Origin: Octopus sinensis
Lineage: Eukaryota
NCBI RefSeq assembly: GCF_006345805.1
Contig: NC_043009.1
Span: 5,270,001 to 5,334,000 of the forward strand
Length of the DNA: 64,000 nucleotides
Direction of reading: 5' to 3'
Under the pieces are notes generated by a model that was given only the letters and a program-made list of their open reading frames with translations, was not told the origin of the DNA and made no database searches. Positions within the stretch are counted from its first letter, which is position 1. Every line of letters starts with the position of its first letter. Made by a program: the position numbers and the translations under genes. This document shows positions 27,076 to 41,010 of this stretch, in pieces.

Positions 27076-27877
27076 AAAGAATGATAATATGGACTGTTGG
27101 TTTTCTTGATTTCATCCTGCATGTACTGTGCAATCCTGTGCAGGGTCATGTCGATATTTGCTCCTGAAGATTTGAGAGGTTCTCATTTGTGATTCGCAGT
27201 ATCATATAGAAGTCTCACTTCATACCAAGCAGCCTGTACAATGTTACAATGCAATAAAGTATCTTAATGAAACGGTAGTGCGATAACTTATAATTTATTT
27301 GTGTGCTTTTAATATTACATTTTATTATATTTTTATACTAATTGAAGTTCACTTCAATTTTGGTTTGTTTGGAATTCAGAATAACCAAAAACTCGAGAAA
27401 TTCCTGGATTGTTTAACTGATGGCTGGTGTTCGACCATATAGCCATTAATGTATAGTCATAATCACAAGAACTCTGACGGAGTTCTTAACAGACTTCGAC
27501 GTAATGTTCCAGATTATCTTCGGAATTTCGGCTGATTATACTTGAGATTGCTCAAATCTGGCCAGACCCAAGGAATAGACAAAGCTAACAGCATTAGACG
27601 GACACACATAAATGCATGCATACAAACATATATATATATATATACATACATTTAAATGGATTGGCAATACCTATGCAGATGCATCAAAAAAGCAACAAAT
27701 GAAAGAGTTCTACTTGTCCTGTTGTAATAAAGACATTGTACTCTTTGCAAAGATGCGAACATTCGCGCAACGTCCTCACGAATAGACATGGCACTACGTC
27801 TGAAACTATATGTATAAATATAAGTCCGTGTGTGTATGCATATTTTTCTATATTTTTGTATGTATATTCATATATGC

Positions 27878-27937
<60 letters not shown>

Positions 27938-28668
27938 ATGTATATAAATATACATACACACACGCACAAACACACACATTCACACACATATTTGTAAGTG
28001 GAAATGTGCATTTTTATGTTGATATTCCTTTGCAAGAATACGTATTTCTGTGCCATATACTCTGTGTGTTTAGAAACCTGCACCGATTTGCTATTTAAAT
28101 AAGGATAACAAGACAAAAAAAAAATACGAAGAAAACAGAGAAATCGAAACAAACAAACACAAAGAACATTCATTGTGTACAACAAGTAAAATGGCGAAAA
28201 AAAAAACAAATAAAAATCTCTGAAAGAATTTCAGATATACGAAAAAGTAACACAGAAATATATGCATAAATAAAAAAAAAATAGTAAGGAAAATTATATG
28301 CAATCATTGTTAACCTAAAAGACTCGCTTTTATTAACGGATATAACTGAATGCATGTAATGCACCCACTTTACACAGAAAAAAATAAATTACCTTTTTCA
28401 TACAATCAATGTATTTTTCATTTCTTTCGTTCTTATTGCTATTACCATTGATCAGCTGTGTTTATATTCTGTTCCTTCGATTTATACATACTTACAAATA
28501 TACATACACACACACACACACATACATATATATATTTATGTCGTTTCTATTCTTATTCGATTCGAAACCATTTTAATGCGCGCCTTGGAACGACCACCAA
28601 ATTAAATACGTAAACAATAATGCTATTGCACAAACAAATACTTCTACACACGCAATCATTGCAGCACC

Positions 28669-28729
<61 letters not shown>

Positions 28730-30264
28730 CATACATACATATATACATACATGCATACATACTTACATATATATATATATATACTATATATATATACACA
28801 TATATATACATATACATATTCTATTATATGCAAATAAATATATATGTTTATATATATATATATACCTATGAATATACTTATGCATGCAGGTATATATATA
28901 CATATACATGCACACATACATACATACCACACACACACATATATATATATATACACGTATTTCTCTATATACTCTCACGCTGTCTCGCGAGGGACTACAG
29001 GTAATGTAACATGTTGGTATTCAAGGATGTTTGTTAAAATCCTTTACAAACCTTTCAACAAAGGCGCTGCTACAATGTGGTCGATAGAAATAGCAGTAAT
29101 TGAGATCTGAGACTTGACCCCGATAACTATGAAATAAAAAACTCTACTAAAAGGAATCAAGCACGCGGCTGCAGTGTGAAAAGAGGCGGCCGACTGAAGG
29201 TGTCAGCCAAGTACACGAATTGAAAATGATGCCGATAGAAATACATTACAGATCCCTAGCAATTCTTCTAGCCTATAGGCCTAAACTGATATTTTATATA
29301 TGGACTCTAGAAGGAGAAAATGTATAGTTGATCTCAGCTTGAGAAGCAATATATATATTAAACGTATTTAGATATTCTAACGACAATTCCGATTTTACTG
29401 CCTATATTTTTGTTGTAAACTTTAAAAACAAACAACCCTGTTACTCAATATTTTTTGCATGTTATACTCATATTTATTGCTTGGATTTTGATATATATAT
29501 ATATGTATTTTGTTTTGCGCTTCTGGGTTTTCTGAACGTAAAAGAAATACACATTAACTCGTACAAAGTGTTCTCTGCTCCTCCTCGTATTAACCTATTG
29601 ATCTTATGATCTTTATAACAATAAACGTTTCTGATCCTCAGTTACTTCTGATATATGGGGGGATTCTCTGCTCCTTTACGCTGTTCGTTACTCTCTTTAA
29701 ATAAAATTTCCGTTTCTACTCTACAAAATAGATACATACAAATATTCCTTTACCGGTTTTGCCAGATGTAGCAACACCGAGTTCGTGCATGATAAGTAAA
29801 CGTAATACCGAGTTTTCCAGAAGGTATTTCATTACACTGGGGTTGAATTAATAACATATAGCTCGGTGGGTGGTAGATAGCATAATCATTTTCTCAGAAA
29901 GTTTTTATTTCGGATATGCTGCGAATCTTATCTAAAGTAAGCACTAAAGTTGACTGTTGTCACGGGTCAACATACACAATATACTCATATAAAGAAGATA
30001 TATTTTCAAACAATTGCACTAAAGTGTCACTGCTATCTTCTCTTTGGGGTTGAAGATGGTAAGAAACGTGAAGATATTTTATACATTTCAAGACACCAGA
30101 ACCTAAATGTTGCTACTGAAATACAATGATATATCTTTCCTACGTTCAATTAGGTTTAAATTTATTTACACTTTATGGCGTTCTCTTCTATACATACATA
30201 CATACATACATACATATCTATATGTATCTGTGTGTCTGTGTGTGTGTGTGTGTGTGGTGATCTG

Positions 30265-30485
30265 TTATTCTTTTACTTGTTTCAGTCATTTGACTGCATT
30301 CACCCTGGGGTACAGCCTTAAAGTGTTTTAGTCGGAAAAATCGTACCCCCCCCCCAATTCGTATTGTTTGTAAGCCTACTACTTATTCTATTGGCCCCGT
30401 TTGCCGAACCACTAAATTACGGGGAAATAAGCATACCAGTATCTGTTGTCAAGCAATGGTGGGAGGGTCAAACACAGACACACAT
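30265..30485 (-). mobile_element. SINE family C, 3' half
   Basis: Reverse complement of the 62090-62230 tail. Confidence 0.6.
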
Positions 30486-31076
30486 ACATACATACATACA
30501 TACATACATACATACATACATACATACATACATACATACATTATATATATATATATATGCATATATATGGGTACAGATCACCAACGGTGCAAATAAGATG
30601 ACATACGGAAACAAACGAGTTAAACGTGAAAAACTGGAAAACAGGACAATCTAACACGTCGTCAGTTGTCAACTGTCTATCTCCTCCTCATTTCTAGTAT
30701 TCAACGATATGAGTCTTCAAAGACAGTTGCTCCCATAAATTCTAAAATAAAATTTAGGATTTATGGAAGGTCAAATTTGGGAACAAAACATGACAGTGGA
30801 GACATAAAAAAAAAACCCGAAAGAAAGCAAACCTAGAGATTCTTTAGACCAGAACGTGAGGAAAATAGTGAATGCTGTGAGAAACATTTTTTGGAAAAGA
30901 GAAGAGATAGCAGAGAAAGAGAAAAATCATTTCTGCTCTTATGAACGCCCGTGCTGGAATAGAAAGATGGTCACGTGAGGAAAAGAAAGAAAGACGGGTA
31001 GTGGTTACGTGTGTGCAACGAGAGAGGGAGAGAGAGAAAACTGAGAAAGAGGAGAGTGAGAGAGAAATTTCCCCAA

Positions 31077-31122
31077 GACACCTGAAGAAGGCTGGAGAGT
31101 ATATCAACCGAAACGTTGTGTT
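31077..31122 (+). ncRNA. Minimal type I hammerhead motif (same family as 15375-15422)
   Basis: GACAC-CUGAAGA-A-GGCUG..CAACC-GAAA-CG-UU-GUGUU; 5-bp stem I in register. Confidence 0.75.
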
Positions 31123-31510
31123 AACAACAAACAAGATGAGGACAAATATCCGTCGAATGTAAATAATGGAAATAATGTACTGAGCTGTTATATTTGAGAT
31201 ATTTACTCGCATAGTTTCCTTTATGTCTGCTCAACTTGCTCCCCCTCCCTATAGCCATTCTTTACTCCGCAAATTGGTCCCCGTAGAGACATCAGAATAT
31301 AAATCTGAATACTTTTGCGCGCTACTATGTGTATGTATGTATGTACATGCGCGCATACGCGATTGCTGTGAGCATTTTTACTTCGTCCCCTTCGGTTTTC
31401 TCCCCTTATTTAGCGGTCATTCTAATAGCACTTTTGTCTTAATAACGGTCAATTGCATAGTAATTTCCCTTTCTCTAACGGCCATTTTCTTAGCATATTT
31501 TGATTGCCTC

Positions 31511-31571
31511 GATAACTGATGAGATGCCGGAGCAGTTTTCTGCCCCGACATCCGAACCTCGGAGTTTTATT
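31511..31571 (+). ncRNA. Type I hammerhead motif with A15.1>C core substitution
   Basis: GAUAA-CUGAUGA-[11 of 13 bp stem II, UUUU loop]-C-GAAC-CUCGGAG-UU-UUAUU. Confidence 0.6.
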
Positions 31572-31984
31572 ATGGCATCCGAATATTTGTCCCATATTAT
31601 ATCAGAGATAAATTCCTCTCTCTACATAATATCGAGGTCTCTTTCTTTCTTTTGTTATCTTGCCGTTTTTACCAATATATATATGTATATAAGTATATAT
31701 GTGTAGATATACGGGTGTTCTGTGTCAGGGTTTGACACGAACTATTGATTCACAACCGACGCTTTTGTATTTACGTCCAAGTAAAAAAGAGCATCAAAAG
31801 AGACCACTTCATACTAAAGTAACCACACAAGTTACATCGCAAATTATAAAATGGTGTATAATAAACATGACAAAATAACTGTTTGTTAAATGGATGAAAA
31901 TGCATATCAAATAATCAACGACATGTTTGACTGCATTTGGAATGGTTTGCTCTATTCATACATATGTCCATCTATATGTATATT

Positions 31985-32035
<51 letters not shown>

Positions 32036-33215
32036 TATGTATGTATGTGTGTGTGTGTGTGTGTCTGTGTCTGTTTGTGTGAACGAATGCATGCATATAT
32101 ATATATGTATGTATATATGTCTGTATGTATGGAAGGTTGTTTTCACAAGGCTCCACCTAGCATTTAGGATGGATTCTGCAGCCTTAATCCGTACACATAC
32201 AATTGACATGCAAAATAAGCGTTCACTGTACAAATTGTAAAAGTTTCACAAATCTTGCGAATGTCATGGCGTTTGTCCTTCCTTCCACAAAAGATCATTG
32301 AGAACGGATTCCAATATACAGATAGTATCTTTGTTGTTTATCAAACCACATTCGTTTAAATAAGTATACCATCAATATAAAAGAATCTACGTATCGAGCT
32401 TCTTGATATAGTTGAAATATTAGGCTTTAGGCCTATACAAGATACCAATATTGCATTTTAGTATATTCTTCCATTATTTGATACTTTCAATCATTGAACT
32501 GCGGCTATGCTGGAGTAAGTTGTTATGTATTAATATCCATCTAGCCATACAGTCATTCATTCATACATACATAATACATACATACATACATAATACATAC
32601 ATACATACATACATACATACGTACATACGTACATGCATACATATTTCTGTTTATAGGCAATAGCAAAAATTTATAACAACAACAGTATAATTACAAGAAT
32701 GCAGAAACAAGAAAACAATACGGTCAATGATATTGTAGGAGAATCGAAAATCATAATAAAAGTGTTTTGGTTTGGCATCATTTCCAATGCAATGCTACAG
32801 GCAAGAAAAACAGAAAGACAGAAAATATTGAAAGAGAACTGCCATACTGAACGTATTTGTAATTCATTTTTTTGAGTGTGTCTATGTGTGCGTATACATA
32901 TACACCCACATTAATATATGTGTGTCTTGGGTATGCATAGGTATATGTACATAGATGTGTGCAAATATTTTATATGCATGTATCTGTGTGTATGACTCTA
33001 TGCATATTTGGATATATGCATAGTCATCGGAGACATATATCTATGTGCGTGTGCATGTGTGTATATAATTATATATATATATACAACTCCAATATACATA
33101 CATACTTTCCTACACACACACACACACACAATATATATATATATATGTGTGTGTGTGTGTAGGAAAGTATGTATGTATATTGCAACTCCAATATATATAC
33201 ATACTTTCCTATACA

Positions 33216-33259
<44 letters not shown>

Positions 33260-33577
33260 ACACATATATATATATATATATATATGTAGGAAAGTATGTA
33301 TGTATATTGGAGTTGTAGTTCTTGGAGAGTAGTTGATTATGATAAACACTGAAGAATGTGTAGAATACCAAATAGGCTATATTCCTAGAAGTTTATATCT
33401 GGCTGCCGCAATCTCTAGAAATGTTGTTTATATGCAAGCACACACATACATCCAAGATGTAAGTAATACTGAGCATAAAATATTTCTATCTGCATCATCA
33501 CTCATATGTACCTACCTACCTACTATACCTAATTCCTACCTTACCTACTTGCTACCCACCTACCTTCCACCCACCTA

Positions 33578-33677
33578 NNNNNNNNNNNNNNNNNNNNNNN
33601 NNNNNNNNNNNNNNNNNNNNNNNNNNNNNNNNNNNNNNNNNNNNNNNNNNNNNNNNNNNNNNNNNNNNNNNNNNNNN
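33578..33677. other. Assembly gap (100 N)
   Basis: Direct reading. Confidence 1.
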
Positions 33678-33682
33678 GCATG

Positions 33683-33721
<39 letters not shown>

Positions 33722-33839
33722 TATATATATATTGATATATATAGATAAATGTGCATATATGTTTGAGTATATCTCTAATATATGTTATATATATATAGGT
33801 GTGCTTATATGTCTACCTACCTACCTACCTACCTACCTA

Positions 33840-34595
33840 GTTATCGGTCAAACCTCAATCTCCGCTCTTGGATGGTTGATGAGAGAGTTGGTATATTCCC
33901 ATGTAACCTTTGTTTTAGGTGCTCCCTCCAAATGATGTTGAGCACTTCACGTAACATTCTGATGTATGCACGGTCCAGTATGCACCTGAGTCTCTTAGTG
34001 AGAGTCCAAGTCGGAGATCCAAATACAAGCACCGACTCAACAACTACTCTGAAGGACTGTCTCTTCATTTTATTGGTTGGGTTGACTTCCATATTATCCT
34101 AAGACCGTCTGTATCTGCCCACGCCTTAGCACTGCAAGACTGAATATCATTTTCAGTGGACACAATTTTGCTGCCAAGGTAAGTAAACTCGTTGACATTT
34201 TTCATGGGCCTCTGTTTGATCGTCCTGATTTCATCTGTTGTGATCAAGGTGAAAAACGTTGCCTTCTTGTCATTTATATACAGTCTTAAGTTAGCGATAG
34301 CATTTTCCAGGAGATAGATTAAAGCATCTTTTGTGTTGTCTGCATAATCGGCGTCAGTCAAGCAGGTGGCCGGATATTTTCTGCGTCTAGACTTCTGTAA
34401 ACGGAATCTCAGATCATTGTGTTGATCTGTTGAGGTACGCAAAACATAATCGAGACACAGGATGAACAAATACGTAGCCAGTGTGTCACTGTGCATTACT
34501 CCTGCACGAATATCAAAGAAGTCAGCATCTCCATCTGGTGACCGCACTTTCGCTCGGGTATTTTATACAGAATCATTACTGCCTTTATTGTTTAA
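33840..34595 (-). mobile_element. RTE-clade LINE RT fragment
   Basis: VRSPDGD, AGVMHSDTLATYLFILCLDYV, DYAD, FTYLGS, VESVLVFGSPTWTLTK, ERRLRF. Confidence 0.9.
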
Positions 34596-34596
34596 T

Positions 34597-35701
34597 CAAT
34601 GATACCACGTGATGTGATCGTATTACCATTTGGGGCGTCTTTCTTTTGCAGTAATTCTCCCCTTTTCATCGATTTTTGCGATAGCTGAAACGAAGGAACG
34701 TCGTGCTTCGGTGAAATTCTCCTTTCTGCTGGGAAAAACAGCGGCCGAATTAGTTGTCATGCTTAAAACAGCTTACAAGAACGTTGCCACGAGCATAACA
34801 CATTTTGACGAATGCTTTCCACTCTTTAGGGATGGCCACTTGTTGCTTGAAGACCAATCTCTTTCAGGAATAGTCATGAACAGATCTTCGAGGGCCATCA
34901 CCGAACAATTGTGGAACTTGTTGATACGATTGGTGAGCCCTGGAGCTCCTGCCAACGAATTTTGTGTGAGGAATCGTGAATGAAAAGAGCTGCAGCATAA
35001 TTTGTGCCTCCTTTGCTCACAGAATATCAAAATCAGTCACGAATGATGCGTGTCATGTACTGAATGAGCAGTTGGAAGTTGATCGGACCTCCTTTCGAAG
35101 GTCACCACTGGTAATTAAAGCTACTGCTACGGCTACGACACGGAAATGAAGCAGCAATCAAGTAAAGTGAAGACGCTGCTGATATATTTCATCTATGCTA
35201 AAGAATTTCTCCACAGAGAATTTGTTCTTGGTCAAACTGTTAACCAGACGTTTTACTTGGAAGTTCTGAAAGCGTTCGTAAAACAAACGAAAACGCCGCG
35301 ACCTGTGACAAAGAGGAAATTGGTGGTTTCATCGCGACAATGTGCCTATGCACACCGCCGTGAGCGTAAAAAAGTCGTTACGAAAAATGGCATGATTCCC
35401 CTTACCCACCGTCCCTATTAACCCGATTTTGCTCCCTGTGATTCTTTTTTTGTTTCACTAAATGAAAACAGACCTTAAAGAAAAGGTTATGCAGATGTGG
35501 ATGCGGTAAAAAAAGAAACCGACGGAGGCGTTAAATGAAATCACTTGGCAATGAGATCCGGGTCTGCTTCGATCAGTGGAGAACGCATTTGGACCGATGC
35601 ATGGTTTCATCTGGAGAACATTTTAAAGAAGATGAATGTGTAAAAATGAAAAAGTGAATAAAATAATATTGCAATATTCCGGTTTCTTTTGGGAACCCTG
35701 G

Positions 35702-35702
<1 letters not shown>
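34597..35702 (+). mobile_element. Decayed mariner transposon, different subfamily from 14655-16327
   Basis: ERRASVKFSFLLGKTAAE N-terminus, GQTVNQTFYLEVLK, HRPY*PDFAPCD; right TIR-like TTCCGGTTTCTTTTGGGAACCCTGG followed by TA. Confidence 0.85.
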
Positions 35703-35741
<39 letters not shown>

Positions 35742-35892
35742 AATATAATAAGGGCAAAACTAATTAATTATAATAATAAGAAATGGTAGAAATAACAAAA
35801 TTTGGGGTGCTATTTCAAAAAGTTCGGTATGTGGTAAAGCAATTTTTTGCTGAACCCTAATTATATAAAGTAATATATATATATATATTATA

Positions 35893-35945
<53 letters not shown>

Positions 35946-35951
35946 TATATA

Positions 35952-36000
<49 letters not shown>

Positions 36001-36831
36001 ATATTTATATTTGTACTGATGTGTTTGGGGAGAGTCATTCTGTTTTAGTGTCTTTTAATTTAACACACTTACCGGTAAAATTTACATTTATTTCTTTGTT
36101 ATTTTTCTAGAATTTTCGTTGCGTCTTGCGACCTTTTCAATAGTTTTGACTCTCACATACAGATATATGTGTGTGTCTGTGTGCTTGCGTCGGTGTATCC
36201 GTTTGTATGCGTATGTGTGTGAGTAAACGTCGGTGCGTCCGTGTCTTCGGGGATATTTGATTGATAGATAGGTAGATAGATTGATTGATTGATAGATTGA
36301 TTGATTTTATTATCATATAAATTAGTTCTTTTTTAATTCTTCCAACGTATTTATTTCCTTTCCAGTGTTATTTGAGTTCGCAAGAAAATTATTTGTATCT
36401 TAGCTTTTATGTATTTCTTTTTTTTTTGTTTTTTCTATAGATCTGTTCTTCTTCAACAAGTTTTAGTTATCGCTTTCAGATTTTGGATAAATTATCCCAA
36501 ATTTTAGACCTATGCCAATGGCGTGCCACTTAGAAAATACGGAACGATTTTATCTCACAACGTAATACATGTCTATGTATATGTATTGTAAAAATTATGT
36601 CACGTGGTATGCTTAATATCCAGTATAATATCATGTACTATATTTATATACATATGCTCACATACAGATAGACAAACTGAAGAAATGTAAAGACAGATTC
36701 TACCAGTTATTGACGGACCATTAAGATATATTTATATTAATATACACAAACTCTATGTGTACAATCGTATCTATATTTCCATGGTTTGCCAGAAGTTAAT
36801 CTAATACATGTTTGTACAAGTAAATATATAT

Positions 36832-36911
<80 letters not shown>

Positions 36912-37037
36912 CGCGTGTGTATGTCTGTGTATACATACATACATACATACATACATATGAATTTTTATATACATATAAACATTTATATGTATGCAATAAT
37001 ATATGTACGAATGCATGTATATATATTATGTATATGT

Positions 37038-37094
<57 letters not shown>

Positions 37095-37792
37095 GTGTGT
37101 GTGTGCTCGCGCGCGCGTGTGTATGTGTGTGTGGTGGTGTACAGAAAACGTTTGTTTATTCTGTGGCTGTAGTTGAAATTGCGATTCTCTTGTAACATGA
37201 AAATAGTATAGAAGTTCCCGTGTCTTCAGGTATAGCAATTTCCTGAACAATTCAACAAACAGCAGCCAACGAGACTAAATGCCACCCAAACCCACCCTCA
37301 CATGTTAACCAACACATTTCATGTCGAACACAAACACTATAATTATCAAAATCTACATTAAATACATCTAGTAACGCTTGGTATTTCAAATCACATGAAA
37401 GTACTTTTAAAATATCATATTTTTCCCGGAATATTGCGGTGTGCGCTTTAATATCTTTCAAAGCATATTGATTCTGCCTTTGATCTTTTAATGCTCCTTA
37501 CATTTATTGATTACTAATCGCTTTTTACTCTTCATTTAACATGGTTTTGCATATTTTCCAATAAAGCAATGAAATTGTTATTAATATTGATCACAGATAT
37601 TTACCCTTATTTATATTTCACACACATACCCACACATGTATTCACACGCTCAAACCTAATCACATATACATATCCATGAAACAACCTACATACATCCACC
37701 ATCATTCACACACATATATACACGTAGTCTTGCACATATATAAATTATAAATCATATATATGTGTGTGCATGTTTGTGTGTGTATGTGCGCG

Positions 37793-37825
<33 letters not shown>

Positions 37826-38082
37826 GTATGTATATATATATATGCAAATATATAGAAAATGTATGTTGCATACACATGATTGTTATAATATTATTAACGT
37901 TGTTTTCTTTCTTATTATCATTAAGGATATATGTATGTATGTATGTATGTGTATAAACTTATATTTAGAGAGAAAGAGAGAGGGGGGAGGGAGAGAGAGT
38001 ATCTTAACTATAATCGTCATCATCCTCAACATCATTAGCTGGTCATCTACAAGATCGTCCAATACTATGTTATGATACTAAT

Positions 38083-38092
38083 GATGATGATG

Positions 38093-38126
<34 letters not shown>

Positions 38127-38651
38127 GAAGAAGAAGAAGAAGAAGAAGAAGAGAAGGAGAAGAAAAAGATGATGAAGTAGAAGAACACGAAGTAGAAGAG
38201 GAGGAAAAAGAAGAAGAAGAAGAAGAGGAGAAGAAGAAGAAGAAAAAGAAGAGAAGAAGAAGAAGAAGAAGAAGAAGAAGAAGAAGAAGAAGAAGAAGAA
38301 GAAGAAGAAGATGATGAAGTAGAAGAACACGAAGTAGAAGAGGAGGAAAAAGAAAGAAGAGAAGAAGAAGAAGAAGAAGAAGAAGAAGAAGATGATGAAG
38401 TAGAAGAACACGAAGTAGAAGAGGAGGAAAAAGAAGAAGGAGAAGAAGAAGAAGAAGAAGAAGAAGAAGAAGATGAAGAAAAAGAAGAAGAAGGAGAAGA
38501 AGAAGAATAGTAATAATAATAACAATAATAATTATGCTGATGATTATGATGATGTTGATTATAAGAGTTGCAGCAGCAGCAGCAGCAATAACAACAACAT
38601 TTTTCCTTTGTCTTCTTCTTCTTATAATAATAATAAAAATAATAATGATAA

Positions 38652-38723
<72 letters not shown>

Positions 38724-38731
38724 TAATAATG

Positions 38732-38795
<64 letters not shown>

Positions 38796-38827
38796 TAATA
38801 ATACTGATAATTATTATTATTATTATT
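38083..38827. repeat. Compound (AAT)n/(GAA)n/(AAT)n microsatellite block
   Basis: Direct reading. Confidence 0.95.
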
Positions 38828-39854
38828 GACCCGATCGTCCTGAACCTCCTGCGCACTGGCCTTCCCCGCCTCCTCAGCGTCATTGCCCTTATCAAACCCT
38901 GAGCCTCAACTTGGTATTGTGAAGTGCTACAATAACTAGCAACAACAAAAACTCCTTTCTATCTCACTTTGCATTCTTCAAATAGAAAAACAAAAGAGGG
39001 ACATTTTAAGTAATACCACCCTCGGTACTCTGCATATATGAAAAAAAAAAATAATGAATTTTCACTCTTGCAAAGGCATTTTGTCACAGTTCCCCTCCGT
39101 CAGGCGTTGGCCTGTCGGAATAAACATCAAAACAACATTTAGGAAGTCAGCTATAACAACTCCAGCAGCTAGCAACATAAACAGCATCTCGGTCGCGTCT
39201 CTATACACGGCCATATTTTTCGTCTCTTTTTCACAACCGATTGGATATTAAATATATAAAACCTTATTATATTTCTTTAATGTTCCAAATGTTCTTTACC
39301 GATTTGTGTAAAAATTGTTATATACATTTATGAACAGGTGTGAAAATTGTTCTTGCTTTTAGCGAAAACATTTACACAATATATTAAGTATATCATATAT
39401 TTCCATACTTAAGGGAATATGAGTGGTTAGATGTGGGTTTATTGATTAGTTTTATATAAATATTTATAGTACTTTTTAAAGAATTTCTTTTATTATATCA
39501 TAATTTCCCAATACTGTTGAAGAAATTGAAAGAAGCAATTTTCGTTACACATAAGAACTCATACCAGCTCGTATATTTGTAACAATATATGCATATACGT
39601 ATGTGTGTGTATACATACATAGATTCATACAAAGACACACACATACACACACACAGACATATATATTTCACTTGTCCATTGCGAGAATAATAACGCAGCG
39701 TAGATCTCTGGATACGTATGTTCCAGAACGAAGTGTTAACTGAGTATAGAGCGATAATTAAAGAGAGATAACAAAAGAATTAATGATTTAAATGTATAAT
39801 ATAATTATTTATTCCTTCGTCATCTCTCTTTCCTGTATAAATAATTAACTGACA

Positions 39855-40095
39855 CTCCGTCGGTTTCGACGACGTGTTTTCTACTTGATCCGATCAACGG
39901 TGGAGCCTGCTCGCGAAATTAACGTCCATGTGACTGAGCACACCATAGTCATGTGTACTCTTAACGGAGATCTCGGAGATTTAGCGTGAGGCAGAGTGTG
40001 ACAAGACTGGTTCTTTGAGATACAGATACTAATCATTTTTGCCAGCTGAGTGGACTGGAGCAACGTGAGATAAAGTACCTTACTCAAAGATATAT
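39855..40095 (-). mobile_element. SINE body with V-domain-like core and family-B tail
   Basis: Reverse complement of TTGCTCCAGTCCACTCAGCTGGCAAAAATG, then the tail shared with 48761-48960. Confidence 0.65.
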
Positions 40096-40325
40096 GTATT
40101 ATACACACACATTCACACACACACACTCACACACACACACACACACACACACAGACATATCTGTGTGTGTGTATTATAAGGCAGCGTGGTGGCTATATCA
40201 TTAGCACAGAGGTAAAAATGCTTAGCGGCATTTTGTCCGCCTTTATCTTGTGGTTCCGAATTCCGCCGAGATCATCTGCGCCTTCCACGTGTATATGTAC
40301 ACAAACAAACACACATATGTGTGTG

Positions 40326-40407
<82 letters not shown>

Positions 40408-40699
40408 AAAGTATTCGTATGTGGTGTGTGTATATATATATACTAATTATGTACTATCTTTGTATAGCCCATTGATGAGACAGTATACTTATCTACAGGA
40501 ACAGAAAATCCTGATCTGAGGTTATCCAATATAATTTTGCTACTTTGTGTATTTGTCATTTCACCTTGTGCTCTGTGAATACATGAAGTGGTTTTTAGAA
40601 TCAAGGTTTGACTGCTATCTCTAACATGGTGGTATCTCTTAGATACTCTGAATCATAACTCTCTCTCTCTCCCTCCCCCTCTCTCTCTATATATATATT

Positions 40700-41010
40700 A
40701 GAAGGTTTGGAGATGATGCACAAGTATTATATATTAGAATAAATAAGGTACTCAGAAATATGGATGGTTTTATATTTACAGATATTTATTAATATGCCAG
40801 ATGTTCTTTATAAATCATATGCCAGATGTTCTTTATAAATCATATATTAGCGCTTGCTAATAGTGGACGCAAGCGCTAATATATGATTTATAAAAACATC
40901 TGACATATTAATAAATATCTGTAAATATAAAACCATCGAGATTTTTCAGTACCTTCTTTCTTCCAATATATATATATATATATTAATTATTGCGTACTTG
41001 TTTCACCTAA
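40700..41010. repeat. AT-rich fold-back element (MITE-like)
   Basis: Arms at about 40745-40857 and 40869-40955 are near-perfect reverse complements; 25-bp tandem duplication in the left arm. Confidence 0.8.
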
